Assembly: GCF_006345805.1 (NCBI RefSeq)
Contig: NC_042997.1
Coordinates: 27,280,001 to 27,344,000 of the forward strand
Length of the DNA stretch: 64,000 nucleotides
Reading direction: 5' to 3'
From: Octopus sinensis
Taxonomy: Eukaryota
Shown: positions 52,336 through 64,000 of the stretch, piece after piece
Numbering within the stretch: the first letter of the stretch is position 1
Layout of the letters: every line of letters starts with the position of its first letter
The notes under the pieces: model-generated
Told to the model about the DNA's origin: nothing
Seen by the model: the letters and a program-made list of their open reading frames with translations, nothing else
Database searches by the model: none
Translations under genes and position numbers: made by a program

Positions 52336-52627
52336 CCCTTAATAGGTGCCGGTTACAAAGCACCTCATTTTCTCTGTAAGGGGATTGGACACATTTTTCT
52401 TCTGTCTCGCTTGACCGCAAGAAACGCAAATCGGGAGCTTTTTTTTTTCTTGGCAATGTGACACTTGCTTTTTCGAGGCATCCTATCGAAAATTTGTAAT
52501 TTGAATGAATCTTTAAGTAAATCAATGAAATTTACCTCGTTGCTGTTTGGAAGCACTAAATATAATGTTTCAACACAAGAAATTTCCACAACACTAAAGC
52601 AATGTTTGCAATGGTATTGTAAGCACC

Positions 52628-52858
52628 GGCGAGCTGGCAGAAACGTTAGCACGCCGGGCGAAATGCTTAGCGGTATTTCGTCTGCGTTACGTTGTGAGTT
52701 CAAATTCCGCCGAGGTCGACTTTGCCTTTCATCCTTTCGGGATCGATAAATTAAGTACCAATTACGCACTGGGGTCCATGGAATCGACTTAATACCTATG
52801 TCTGTCCTTGTTTGCCCCCTCTGTTGTTTAGCCCCTTGTGGGTAATAAAGAAATAGGC
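52628..52858 (+). mobile_element. SINE group C, full length
   Basis: TSD ATTGTAAGCACC at 52616-52627 and 52859-52870. Confidence 0.92.
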
Positions 52859-54196
52859 ATTGTAAGCACCAAATGGCACGTTGATGCGGACAGTAGTGAA
52901 TGAGCATTCATATCTATAAGCACGTGTGGTCAGAACGTATTTCGAGAAAATCGATATTCTATCGATCAAAGGTGCAATTGTGACAAAATGTAATCGATTG
53001 ATGCAAACACCAGTGCACTGCAGTGCGCAGCAGAAGGTAAAGGGTATTTCTAAGAAATATCACATTTAAGTGAGAAATTTAAATAAAAAGAACGTGAAAA
53101 TCGAAACGGTTTCTAGGACATCTCTGAAAATGAAAGACAGCCAAAATCGGGATTTCTTTGGGAAAAAGGGATGCTAGCATTAAAATTACCTTTTATTAAT
53201 TTGGAAGTATTGAAAACTTTATCGAAAAAGTTATTTAAATCTACGTAGCCGGAAAAACCTCAAATGGGATATAGGGTTCGGCAAAATGCGATGTTGACCG
53301 ATAAAGTAGCAAAGCTTGTGGATGAATAAGCTACCAGAACCGACAAAATAGCGTTTTTTCTTTAGAATGTAACCTATGGCTTCGATCTGTAAATTGCGTA
53401 AAAATGATGAGAAGAATTTGCCAAAATATCGTTCATTTATGCTTACTGATAAAAAATAACTCTTAACTTGAAATGTTGATACTAATATTTCTACTTCATG
53501 AAATGGAATTAAAGAATAAACAATGGGCATGTACGTGTTACATCAAATGAGTCACGCAAAAGTCGAAAAATACTGCTCATATTTTGTTTTATATATGAAA
53601 CTGTTACTTATCAATTTGTTGTATACTACTGTCAACTGAATTTTATTGTGAGAAAATATCCACACAGTAGATTGATCGCCAATTAGTGCCATATAATCGT
53701 TAAAGTTAATATTTTATTTCATCTTTACTTATTCAAAATAATCGTCTTGTGTTCTTAGTATTTTGTGTCAGCTTATTTATTAAACACAGAATGATATGTT
53801 TGGATGCACGTGTTCGATTACAGTTCATCCTAGAATGATATTGATTTTTACTGCAATCAGATATGTTCTTTCATAAAATTGCTTAGAATGCTTAATGCAA
53901 TTAATGTTCTGATACTGATTAGACGAACATAACGTTTGTTTGTATGTGATTTACCGAATGATAGCCAATAAGCTCTATTGAAATAGGATTTTTCACGAAG
54001 ATTTTGATTAAAAAAGTGCAAATCTCACTTTGAAACTAACGATTATGTTATGAAATTTAACTGATGCACCCACTGTGTAAAGTTTCAGGGCGATCAGTTG
54101 AAAAATACGACCGATTACACACACACACACATACACACACACACATACACACACACACACACACACTCACACACACACACACACACAACACACACA

Positions 54197-54242
<46 letters not shown>

Positions 54243-54464
54243 ATATATTTATAAATGCAATGTGGGTGAGTGAGTACTGGGAAAGCAATAAAAAATCCAA
54301 TATAAATTATATTTATAATGCAGGAATAAAATATGGGGATGCAGTGAATAGTAAAATTAAACAACATTTCGTTTTAGAACTAAGAGAACACATTTTAACA
54401 AAAATTATTAGACTTAATATAATTACAATATAACGAAGAGAGCGAAGGATCTGTTGGTCAATAT

Positions 54465-54771
54465 GGGGATTGCACCTAGAAAGTTACCCTCCTAGACACA
54501 AGTCCGGACAAGGTTGTTTATGGAAGACCAGCAGTCACCCATGCATACCAGCCTCCCCTCTCCACGCCACCAGTGTTATCCAAGGGAAAGACAAAGGTCG
54601 ATACAGCTTGGCACCAGTGACGTCGGAACTCATTTCTACAGCTGAGTGAATTGGAGCAACGTGAAATAAAGTGCCTTACTCAAGAACACAACACGCAGCC
54701 CGGTCCGGGATTCGAGCTCACAACCTCACGATCGTAAGCTCGACGCTCTAACCACTGAGCCATGCGCCTTC
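54465..54771 (-). mobile_element. tRNA-derived SINE group D (CORE-like central domain)
   Basis: Head GAAGGCGCATGGCTCAGTGGTTAGAGCG...CGAATCCC; CTTGAGTAAGGCACTTTATTTCACGTTGCTCC...CAGCTGTAGAAATG; TSD TTGGTCAATAT at 54454-54464 and 54774-54784. Confidence 0.88.
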
Positions 54772-55244
54772 ATTTGGTCAATATAAAAACAATTATTAAA
54801 TATAAATAAACGTTAAACGTTAGGCATAAAGAAACGTTACGTGTCATTTATAAATCTTTAGTGTAAGGAAGTAATTGCGTTTGTCTAAGTATCGCTTCGG
54901 TTGTGAGAAATAATTACTTTAAGAGAAAAAAAATAAATGTCGTAAATAACAAGGTATGTTTGATCAATTGTGTTAAATTATTAGATATAAACCTAAATGG
55001 TTTATCATACGTGGGCTGAAATAGTAACATCCCCACCACGCAAAAAAAAAAAAGTGAAAGAAAGGAAGGGAACTCAAGTAGATTTTCCGAAGCCACTTTT
55101 AGTGAAGTATAATTGGGAAATAATGTGAAATTACAGATAATGATTTCGTGTTGGTTTTCATATATGGATTTTGTATATAAATAGAAACGCTTGACAGTGA
55201 ACTGCGTGGGAAGAGGGAGGAAAACAACTGATATATATGTATAT

Positions 55245-55292
<48 letters not shown>

Positions 55293-55520
55293 CACACACA
55301 CACACACACACATATATATACACACAAACATACAAGTTTATGATGCAATATCTATTTTATTGTTTTACATTATTTATAACTAGTGATTTATTTTTATTGG
55401 TTCAAACAGAACTGCCAAGTCACTGTTTGCAAACATTTAATAATTAAAGGGGAAAAATTACCAGGAAAGCCATTTCTATTCTGTTTTTCGAATGCATATA
55501 TAAAAGAAAGAAGGGGGAAG

Positions 55521-55607
<87 letters not shown>

Positions 55608-55612
55608 GGATG

Positions 55613-55645
<33 letters not shown>

Positions 55646-55672
55646 ATAGATAGATGAATAGATAAATGGAGT

Positions 55673-55708
<36 letters not shown>

Positions 55709-56060
55709 AGCTATTTAGGTAAATATATATATATATATAATATATATATATATATTATATACTCACACATATATGTATATATGCATGTATATAAGTATGT
55801 ACGTATGAACGTATACACACAACACGACACAACACACATATACATGCACACAATATTTTTACAAATCTTTGAAAGTTTATGCCTTCTTCCATGTTTTACA
55901 TAATTGGCATTTAGTTGAAGCTGAAAACAGTGATGTTAAATAATTACTTATAATTATATATAGTGTAAAACATTATTTGCTAATAAAGTTTTCTCTTAGC
56001 ATTGATTGAAAAGTGAACTTTCAGTGGGGCATAAACGAAATATTCATGTTTATGTTGTTG

Positions 56061-56130
<70 letters not shown>

Positions 56131-56266
56131 AAGATTGTAATCCGAGATTTTAATTGACGTACTTAGTTTATTGCAGATTAATAGGATAATGTTCTGAAAA
56201 CGTAAAATCAAATTTTCAATAATAATGAATTAAACTTTGAAATATGCGAAGAAGCAAGTTATGAAC

Positions 56267-56336
<70 letters not shown>

Positions 56337-56400
56337 CACACACACACACACACATATATGTATATATATATGCAAATACATACTCGCGCGCACGTATATA

Positions 56401-56431
<31 letters not shown>

Positions 56432-56432
<1 letters not shown>

Positions 56433-56722
56433 CCTTCTTTCTTTGTTCCTTCTCGAGCCATGCCTGGCTCATAAGTGCCGGTTTCCCGGTTTCCTTGGCG
56501 TATAGGTTCCCCACCTGAACGGGACGCCGGTCCGTCGCGGGTGAGCTGCAAGATGCAGGAGGAAAGAGTGAAAGAAAGTTGTGGCGAAAGAATCAGCAGA
56601 AGTTCGCCATTACCTTCTGCCGGAGCCGCGTGGAGCTTAGGTGTTTCGCTCATAATCACACACATCACCCTGTCTGAGATCCGAACCTCCGATCCCTCTA
56701 ACCACTAGGCTATGTGCCTCAC
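56432..56722 (-). mobile_element. SINE group B, tail type 3, diverged
   Basis: B core (GAGCTTAGGTGTTTCGCTCA) with tail GGGACGCCGGTCCGTCGC, shared with 60665 copy. Confidence 0.7.
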
Positions 56723-56889
56723 CATACACCACTACACCTTACACAAACAACACATCACGCACACGTCAAGATCACCAGCCCTCTCCCACACGCACATACA
56801 AACTCTCATATGCATACGCACGCGCACCTTCGTTTTGGGATCACCATCACTTTGTTATCTCTCCCTCTGCTTAGCTCTCCTATGTGACC

Positions 56890-57085
56890 CTTCTGTCCGG
56901 CCTTCGCCATGATAGATCGCTAGCCACTACACATTCTTTATTTTCTCTCCTTGTTTCTTTCTGTGTTCCTTTCTGTGGAAGAGCGTAGGCTCGAAACGTG
57001 AAATACTTTTTCTATTCCCGAGCGTTATACTAATACATCTATTTGTTCTCTACACCACTTCTCTTCGTCTTTTTTTTTTGTGAAT
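56890..57085 (+). repeat. Short repeat with hammerhead-like motif (copy 2)
   Basis: CTGTGGA-A-GAGC-GTAG-GCTC-GAAAC-GTG at 56973-57000; homologous to 49691. Confidence 0.6.
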
Positions 57086-57090
57086 TCTCC

Positions 57091-57130
<40 letters not shown>

Positions 57131-57132
<2 letters not shown>

Positions 57133-57437
57133 TCATCATGTCATGTGACCGACCAGACCATCAGATGTTGCTACACATCGCTTGTCACAATGCATTCGCA
57201 TTGTTATAGCCTTCGAATGACGCCACCCCGCTGGCTAAGCGAGCAGGCCAACAGAAGAAAGATTGAGAGAAAGTTGTGGTGAAAGAGTACAGCAGGGATC
57301 ACCATCCCCTGCCGTAGCCTCGTGGAGCTTTTAGGTGTTTTCGCTCAATAAACACTCACAACGCCCGGTCTAGGAATCGAAACCGCGATCCTACGACCGT
57401 GAGTCCGCCGCCCTAACCACTAGGCCATTGCGCCCCC
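57131..57437 (-). mobile_element. SINE group B, tail type 2
   Basis: Matches 25358 copy. Confidence 0.88.
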
Positions 57438-57491
<54 letters not shown>

Positions 57492-57724
57492 TGTGTGTGT
57501 GTGTGTTGTCTGTCTGTGTGCATGAAACAAGTTTTTACGCAGTTACCAGCACACACCAAAGTCTACACATGTAAGCAGTTTGTATTTGAAGACAGAAACC
57601 AACACCATGAGATGTCGATACTGCCGCGCTACAGATATAAAATATTCCACATACAACAAAATTCGTCGCAACTTTAAGAATAGTTTTTCTAAGATTCACG
57701 AAGATGGAAAGATAAGTATGAAAT

Positions 57725-58355
57725 GATACATACACACACACATACACACATACATACACACATACATTCATACATACATACATACATTCATACATACATA
57801 CACACATACATACCTACATACATACATACATACATACACACATACATACACACACATACATACACACACATACATACATACATACATACATACATACATT
57901 CATATATACATACATATATACATACATACATACATACATACATACATGCATACATACATACATATATACAAACATACATACACATACACACACACATACA
58001 TACACACACATACATGCACGCATACATACATACATACATTCATACATACATACATACATACATACATACATACTTACATACATATACACATACATACATA
58101 CATACATACATACAAACATACATACACACATACATACACACATACACACACATACACACACATACACACATACATACACACACATACATACACACATACA
58201 TACATACATACATACATACACACACATACACACACACACACATACATACATACATACACACACACATACATACATACATACATACATACATACATACATA
58301 CATAAATACATACATACATACATACATACATACATACATACATACATACATGCAT
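57725..58355. repeat. Compound (CATA)n/(CA)n array, ~630 bp
   Basis: Direct reading; explains all HTYI/VCMY ORFs here. Confidence 0.95.
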
Positions 58356-58627
58356 GCATTGTGTTTGTGTGTGTGTGGGGGGGGGGGAGTGTTAGAGAAT
58401 AATAGTGTTAGTGCAGAAAAAGTACTTCGTGATATTTGTTCTTAGTCTCAAATCCGGACAAAATTAACTTTGCATTCTATCCCTTTCAGGGGTCGATACT
58501 AGAAAGTACAAATCAACAAGCATTTGGTTACCGGCATCGAATAATCTTCAACCCTGAAATGTGATGGCTTTGTGCCTAAATTACACACTGTATTGTTTGT
58601 GATGCTAAATGACAAACACATTGACAA

Positions 58628-59040
58628 CGCAGGAGTGGCTGTGTGGTAAGTAGCTTGATAACCAACCACATGGTTCCGGGTTCAGTCCCACTGCGTGGCA
58701 TCTTGGGCAAGTGTCTTCTGCTATAGCCCCGTACCGACCAATGCCTTGTGAGTGGATTTGGTAGACGGAAACTGAAAGAAGCCTGTCGTATATATATATA
58801 TATAATATATATATATATGTATGTGTGTGTGTGTGTTTGTGTGTCTGTGTTTGACCCCCTAGCATTGCTTGACAACCGATGCTGGTGTGTTTACGTCCCC
58901 GTAACTTAGCGGTTCGGCAAAAGAGACCGAAAGAATAAGTACTGGGCTTACAAAAGAATAAGTCCCGGGGTCGATTTGCTCGACTAAAGGCGGTGCCCCA
59001 GCATGGCCGCGAAACAAGTAAAAGAGTAAAGAGTAAAGAG
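58628..59040 (+). mobile_element. SINE group A, full length
   Basis: Head CGCAGGAGTGGCTGTGTGG to tail GTAAAAGAGTAAAGAG. Confidence 0.9.
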
Positions 59041-59359
59041 AGCATCCATTGCGGATTTAGATAATGAAAATAAATATTGATATCTTTCATTCTGCCCACA
59101 CAATATTTTGTAATGATTAAGCACTACAAAACAAAGCAAAACATTTCCGATCCGTGGTTGTCTTCTTTACAACACCGGACGGATGAAAGCATTACAACAC
59201 TATTGTCGCTGATAGTTCCGTTTGTCTCATTTTTTCCTAATCTTTCTTTCCTGAGCAGCAGTCACGAACCCACAACGATCTGACCGTTTTTTCAAGCTCT
59301 GTTGAACGTGTAGATGAACGAACACGTGTACTATTTCAGTTCAGATTTAAACGTTTAAA

Positions 59360-59563
59360 TGCAAGTAAGCAATTTTGGGGTCACATAATCTTGACCCCCT
59401 CCTCAATAGGAGGAAAGCAGTTTCATCCTAAACGGCTGCTTTGCTGTGAAAGGACACGAATTACACAAGTCTGGTAGTGTGGATATATGTGTATTGCGGT
59501 TTATGAAACATGACTAGGTGGAAAACAAATCTTCCTGAATGCCGCCCTTCGAGCAGCGTCAAA

Positions 59564-59610
<47 letters not shown>

Positions 59611-59715
59611 CACTACTACTACACACATACACTCATACACACACACACACACACATATATATATATTGCATTACAACTTACCACGTAGGTATAATCGAAA
59701 TTCCCCCCTTTGTGT

Positions 59716-59788
<73 letters not shown>

Positions 59789-59848
59789 ATATATATATAT
59801 ATATACAATGCACTTGTAATCTCAATAGTTTCTTACATATAGTGGCGT
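59360..59848. other. Chimeric insertion flanked by a 14-bp direct repeat, built from two nearby loci
   Basis: TTTAAACGTTTAAA at 59346-59359 and 59849-59862; 59360-59468 is the reverse complement of ~63660-63760; 59468-59855 is a direct copy of ~62120-62442. Confidence 0.75.
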
Positions 59849-60314
59849 TTTAAACGTTTAAACGTTCCCTTTGAAGATTTGCTTTCAATTCAAAGTAACT
59901 TAAAATATTGTGTTGACTTTATAGTCTATGTGTATTCAACCGATGATCATTCCGGCAACTAATGATCTGGTACCTCTCAATCTAGATGAATTCCTAAGGG
60001 GAATATTAAAATCACGTATCATCCGGTCTATTTCACAATGCGACCACAAATGGTGTTGTGTTTACATGCCCTAATTACACAGCACTTGTTATAGGTGATA
60101 CCAAAATTTTGAGAGATTCTCTGCTTATCTAGCTAATGGTTATCTTTTAGTTTCAGCATTCACTGGTAAGAGACCTGAGAATATCATTGACATTTTTAAG
60201 CGTAAGCACCAGTCATTACCATGCAAAATAAAGTATATCAGAGGAGAATAATTGACTGTGATGCTCCGATACGTAAGCTATGGGAAATAATTAGTAATTA
60301 GTACATAATTAGTA

Positions 60315-60545
60315 GGTGGCGAGCTGGCAGAAACGTTAGCACGCCGGGCGAAATGCGTTACCGTATTTCGTCTGCCTTTACGTTCCGAGTTCAAATTCCG
60401 CCGAGGTCGACTTTGCCTTTCATCCTTCCGTGGTCGATAAATTAAGTACCAGTAACGCACTGGGGTCGATGTAATCGACTTAATCCGTTTGTCTGCCCTT
60501 GTTTGTCTCCTCTGTGTTTAGCCCCTTGTGGGTAGTAAAGAAATA
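60315..60545 (+). mobile_element. SINE group C, full length
   Basis: GG.GGCGAGCTGGCAGAAACGTTAGC...CCTTTCATCCTTCCG..GTCGATAAATTAAGTACCAG...GTGGGTAGTAAAGAAA. Confidence 0.9.
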
Positions 60546-60664
60546 TATATGAATTATCATTGCGTATCCATTGATTGACTGGTAAAACGGTTAATCTGAC
60601 TAGGCTTTAGAAGCAAAGATACTGGAAAATCGTTGGTACACTAGCATAATACTTGAGTGCTCTT

Positions 60665-60982
60665 ATATTCTTATTTTCTTATGCGCCCTTTTCAAGCTTA
60701 GCCAGGCTCATGGTTTCCCAGTTTCTGTGGCGTATGTGTTCCCCCCACCCCCAGCTGGACGGGACGCCAGTCCATCGCAGCGTTACTCAAGAAGCAGGAA
60801 GAGAGAGTGAGAAATAGTTGGAGCGAAAGAGTACAACAGGGGTCACCACCACCCCTGCCGGAGCCAGATGAAGCTTTAGGTGTTTTCGCTCAATAAACAC
60901 ACACAACGCCCGGTCTAGGAATCGAAACCGTGATCCTCCTACCGTGAGTCCACTGCCTTAACCACTGGGCCATTTCGCCTCC
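60665..60982 (-). mobile_element. SINE group B, tail type 3
   Basis: B head and core plus tail containing CTGCGATGGACTGGCGTCCCGTCCAG on minus strand. Confidence 0.85.
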
Positions 60983-61079
60983 ACGAATGCTCTTATATAT
61001 TCAACATTTACAAGGTTACAAACTAATGTCCAATACCTTCTAGGGGGCGCCGGGCATTGGTGAAGGGGTGGTGAGGTAA

Positions 61080-61400
61080 CAATCAACAAACTAAGTTTTT
61101 CCCATAGCAGCTTCTATGGTCGAAATCATGCTGGGTATCAGTCAACAAGTCATTCTCTTGGATGGATGTAATTAGATTTCTTCTAACTTTTCGTTCCATG
61201 AATTTGCTGATATGTGAGATCAAAGAGGCAGGCCTATAACTTTTAGCATCAACTCTGTTTCCTTCTTTATGGATAGGGCATATTATTTCTACCTTAAATT
61301 TTCCCGGGAGGTTACCATTTGCGAGGAAGCTTTGAAAAAGAAACGGTAGTGGGTTCGCTTTGGCTCACTTACATGATTTGAAATCCATCAGAGCCACCAG
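61080..61400 (-). mobile_element. CR1-like reverse transcriptase fragment
   Basis: Minus strand SYRPASLISHISKFMERKVRRNLITSIQENDLLTDTQHDF. Confidence 0.7.
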
Positions 61401-61498
61401 TTGAGTTTGCGTCTACTTCATCTATGGCTAGTATTACATTTTTGTGTCAAAGCAATCATTATTACTGCCTCCCTGGTCTTGTCCCATGTGTAATCACA

Positions 61499-61537
<39 letters not shown>

Positions 61538-62215
61538 TGTGCATATGTATATGTATATAGTCATCTACATTGCTGAGTGGCATCACACATAAGACAACAA
61601 CGACCACATGCCTGTTTGTAACAGTAAACCACTATATGCATACATGCATATCTTTAAATAAATTTGAGTCATGTCTCTCTGTCCGTTACGTTTGGACGTT
61701 TGTTAACTCCTCCTAGACCGCTGGGGCAAGGACAGCGAAACCCAAACCAGCAACTCCCCAAATTCCAGGAAATGTACTAAAGGGGTTTATTTTTTTAAGG
61801 ATCACTGAACACCCTATTTTTACTGAATTTTAAACTAAATACATGGCATTGGCGACCAAATCGGAGCAATGACAATGAACTTCATACCATGATCTTCCAG
61901 TGAGTATCGTAAAGTGGTTCAATTTCTGAAGGGCCACTTAAATGGAGCCCCACTGACCCCGCTATTTTTACTGCATTTACCTTATTCCTACGCTTATTGA
62001 TTAAAAATGTGATCAGCGTCAGTGCTTAGCTTATTTGCAGAAATAAGTTTGGGCATTCAAGATACCTTCACGGTACATTCGAATCGAGATAAATAAAGGC
62101 TTATAACAGGTACGTTTCAAGTGTGGTAGTGTGGATATTTGTGTATTGTGGTTTATGAAACATGTCTAGGTGGAAAACAAATCTTCCTGAATGCCGCCCT
62201 TCGAGCGGCGTCAAA

Positions 62216-62292
<77 letters not shown>

Positions 62293-62684
62293 TGCATTAC
62301 AACTTACCACGTACATACACACATACACACACACATATTCCCCCTTTTGTGTTACTATATATATATATATATATATATACAATATATATACAATGCATTT
62401 GTAATCTCAATAGTTTCTTACATAATATAAGTGGCGTTTTAAGTTTTACATGTCTAACATCAAATATAACTGCTTTCTTCACGGAAACTCATTTAGTTAA
62501 AATACCATTGTTTACTTGGAAAATGTCTGACGTTAACGCATATATGTCTCGTGATTCTATTAAATTTAGTGAGTTGAATGTGCAACGCAGATAATATTGT
62601 TTTGTACTATAAAGAGACTTAGGCACTCAACTGATTCGAAATCTGTGTCTGTCAGTTTGTCTGGCTGCCTGCCTGTCTGCCTTC

Positions 62685-62715
<31 letters not shown>

Positions 62716-62724
62716 GTCTCTCTG

Positions 62725-62755
<31 letters not shown>

Positions 62756-62812
62756 GTCTTTCTCTCTCTTTCTTAGCGAAGGTGAGGGCAACCCATCTAG
62801 GAAAAGGAAATA

Positions 62813-63210
62813 TCTTTATATATAAAAGAGAGGTTGTGTGTCTGTCTCCTACGATTTAGATTCCTAACTACTCCCACATTTTGCGGTGCAGTTTAACCAA
62901 AACCGGGTATCTTATAGTCGTGATTCATATCGAGCCCTTCTGGGTATTAGCTCGCGTCTACGATGAGTCTACGATTTAAAAAAAAAATTACCATCATTTT
63001 TTTCCATTTTAATGCATTTTTTCGCTATTATATAAGGGAAGTAACTTTCTAAAAATTTCTACGATGAGTCAACGATTTTAAAAAAAAATTACCATAATTT
63101 CTTTTCTATTTTTAATGCATTTTTTTGCTATTTTTTGGCTATAATTCTCTAAAAATGCTTATATAGTTATTTCCCTTACAAACCCGAGCAACGCCGGGCG
63201 ATACTGCTAG
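62813..63210 (+). mobile_element. Complete non-autonomous Helitron (398 bp)
   Basis: A|TCTTTATATATAAAAG 5' end; hairpin CCCG-AGCAACGC-CGGG then CTAG|T 3' end; no TSD; internal ~95-bp tandem duplication (CTACGATGAGTC.ACGATT). Confidence 0.88.
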
Positions 63211-63779
63211 TTTGATATAAAACCAGGTGTTAGTTGATGTGCATTATCAGCATCTACTTACTCCTAGGACAGTCTGGGCTGTGTAGCTTTTGAGTAACTA
63301 AACTAGGAGAAGGCCACTCTGATCCCAAATCTGCGATCGATTTAGCATCTGACACGTGGCACACTGTGCACCAGTACAGATAAATGCTTTTTTTAAAATT
63401 TTTGATAGGGAGAGTGTACACTGTGCCGCACAAACAATCATCACTATAAACAAAACCATGTCCAGGTAGTTCAGCAACATGCTATCAGCAAATACACCAC
63501 CACCACCACCACCCCACCTACACCCAAAAGAAAAAAAAATCCTATGACTATGAAGGGATTGCGATGGGAACAGATGAAGGGTGTCACCAGAAGTTCTTAG
63601 CTTTGAACTTTGCACATAGGTGGTGAAAGGTAGATGGCCATTTTACAAATCTGTGGGTAATTGTGTAATTTGTGTCCTTTCACAGCAAAGCAGCCGTTTA
63701 GGACGAAACTGCTTTCCTCCTATGGAGGAGGGGGGTCAAAAATTGCTTACTCGCATTACTCTTTGTCATTAGGTGCAAA

Positions 63780-64000
63780 TGACTAGATACTCAAACCTGC
63801 GCCAGAAATTTAAGCAAATTGAAAACAAAGAACCGTCTTATCTTGGAATGTGTGAACTCTTCAGAACAACAAGAAAATATAGAATGTAGGACTACTTTGG
63901 TTGCCCGTATCTTGAAGGAGAAAACACATCGGAGTAGCAGCTCTTTCACAAACCAGATTAGCTGATTGTGGTCAGCTACAAGAAGCTGATGGTGAATACA
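63780..64000 (+). mobile_element. RTE-clade LINE 5' end (APE N-terminus), runs off the window
   Basis: LSWNV*TL...RTTLVARIL...GVAALSQTRLADCGQLQE. Confidence 0.7.

Noticed and set aside
57723-58445. Long ORFs of HTYI/VCMY/IYIY type (also ~4868, 14904, 18345, 25615, 41689, 49847, 54057)
   Set aside because: They are translations of (TA)n, (CA)n, (CATA)n and (GATA)n microsatellites, which lack stops in some frames
63675-63712. GTCC...GGAC-GAAAC as a hammerhead stem II
   Set aside because: No CUGANGA upstream of GTCC in either copy

Overview
AT-rich, microsatellite-dense eukaryotic genomic DNA, very probably an octopod cephalopod. This is inferred from tRNA-derived SINEs resembling the octopus OK/OR families as I recall them, extreme (TA)n/(CA)n/(GATA)n/(CATA)n content and an IL-17-like gene. 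The only convincing host protein-coding sequence is an IL-17 family cytokine exon (45630-46166, +), with a tentative 7-codon first exon at 38283. Nearly all other ORFs in the track are microsatellite artefacts or decayed transposon fragments. The window is a transposon graveyard: four SINE groups (~25 copies), LINE remnants (CR1-, RTE-, R4/Dong-, HERO/R2-like and Tx1/L1-like), Tc1 and mariner remnants, an autonomous-type Helitron fragment, a complete non-autonomous Helitron and several foldback/MITE elements. The most striking pattern is the Penelope-like element (PLE) content. At least six unrelated type-I hammerhead ribozyme (HHR) sequence families occur (8 candidate motifs), most with a palindromic stem III and several with long stem II insertions, and four of the families sit in or beside large inverted repeats. 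One near-complete PLE (19931-24109) has inverted terminal repeats, each carrying an HHR, and a long in-frame Asn-rich insertion between its RT and GIY-YIG domains. Other notable structures are a TSD-flanked chimeric insertion templated from two nearby loci, a SINE sharing its 3' end with a LINE remnant, and three diverged copies of a non-coding segment. All calls are by eye; no database search or folding computation was run.
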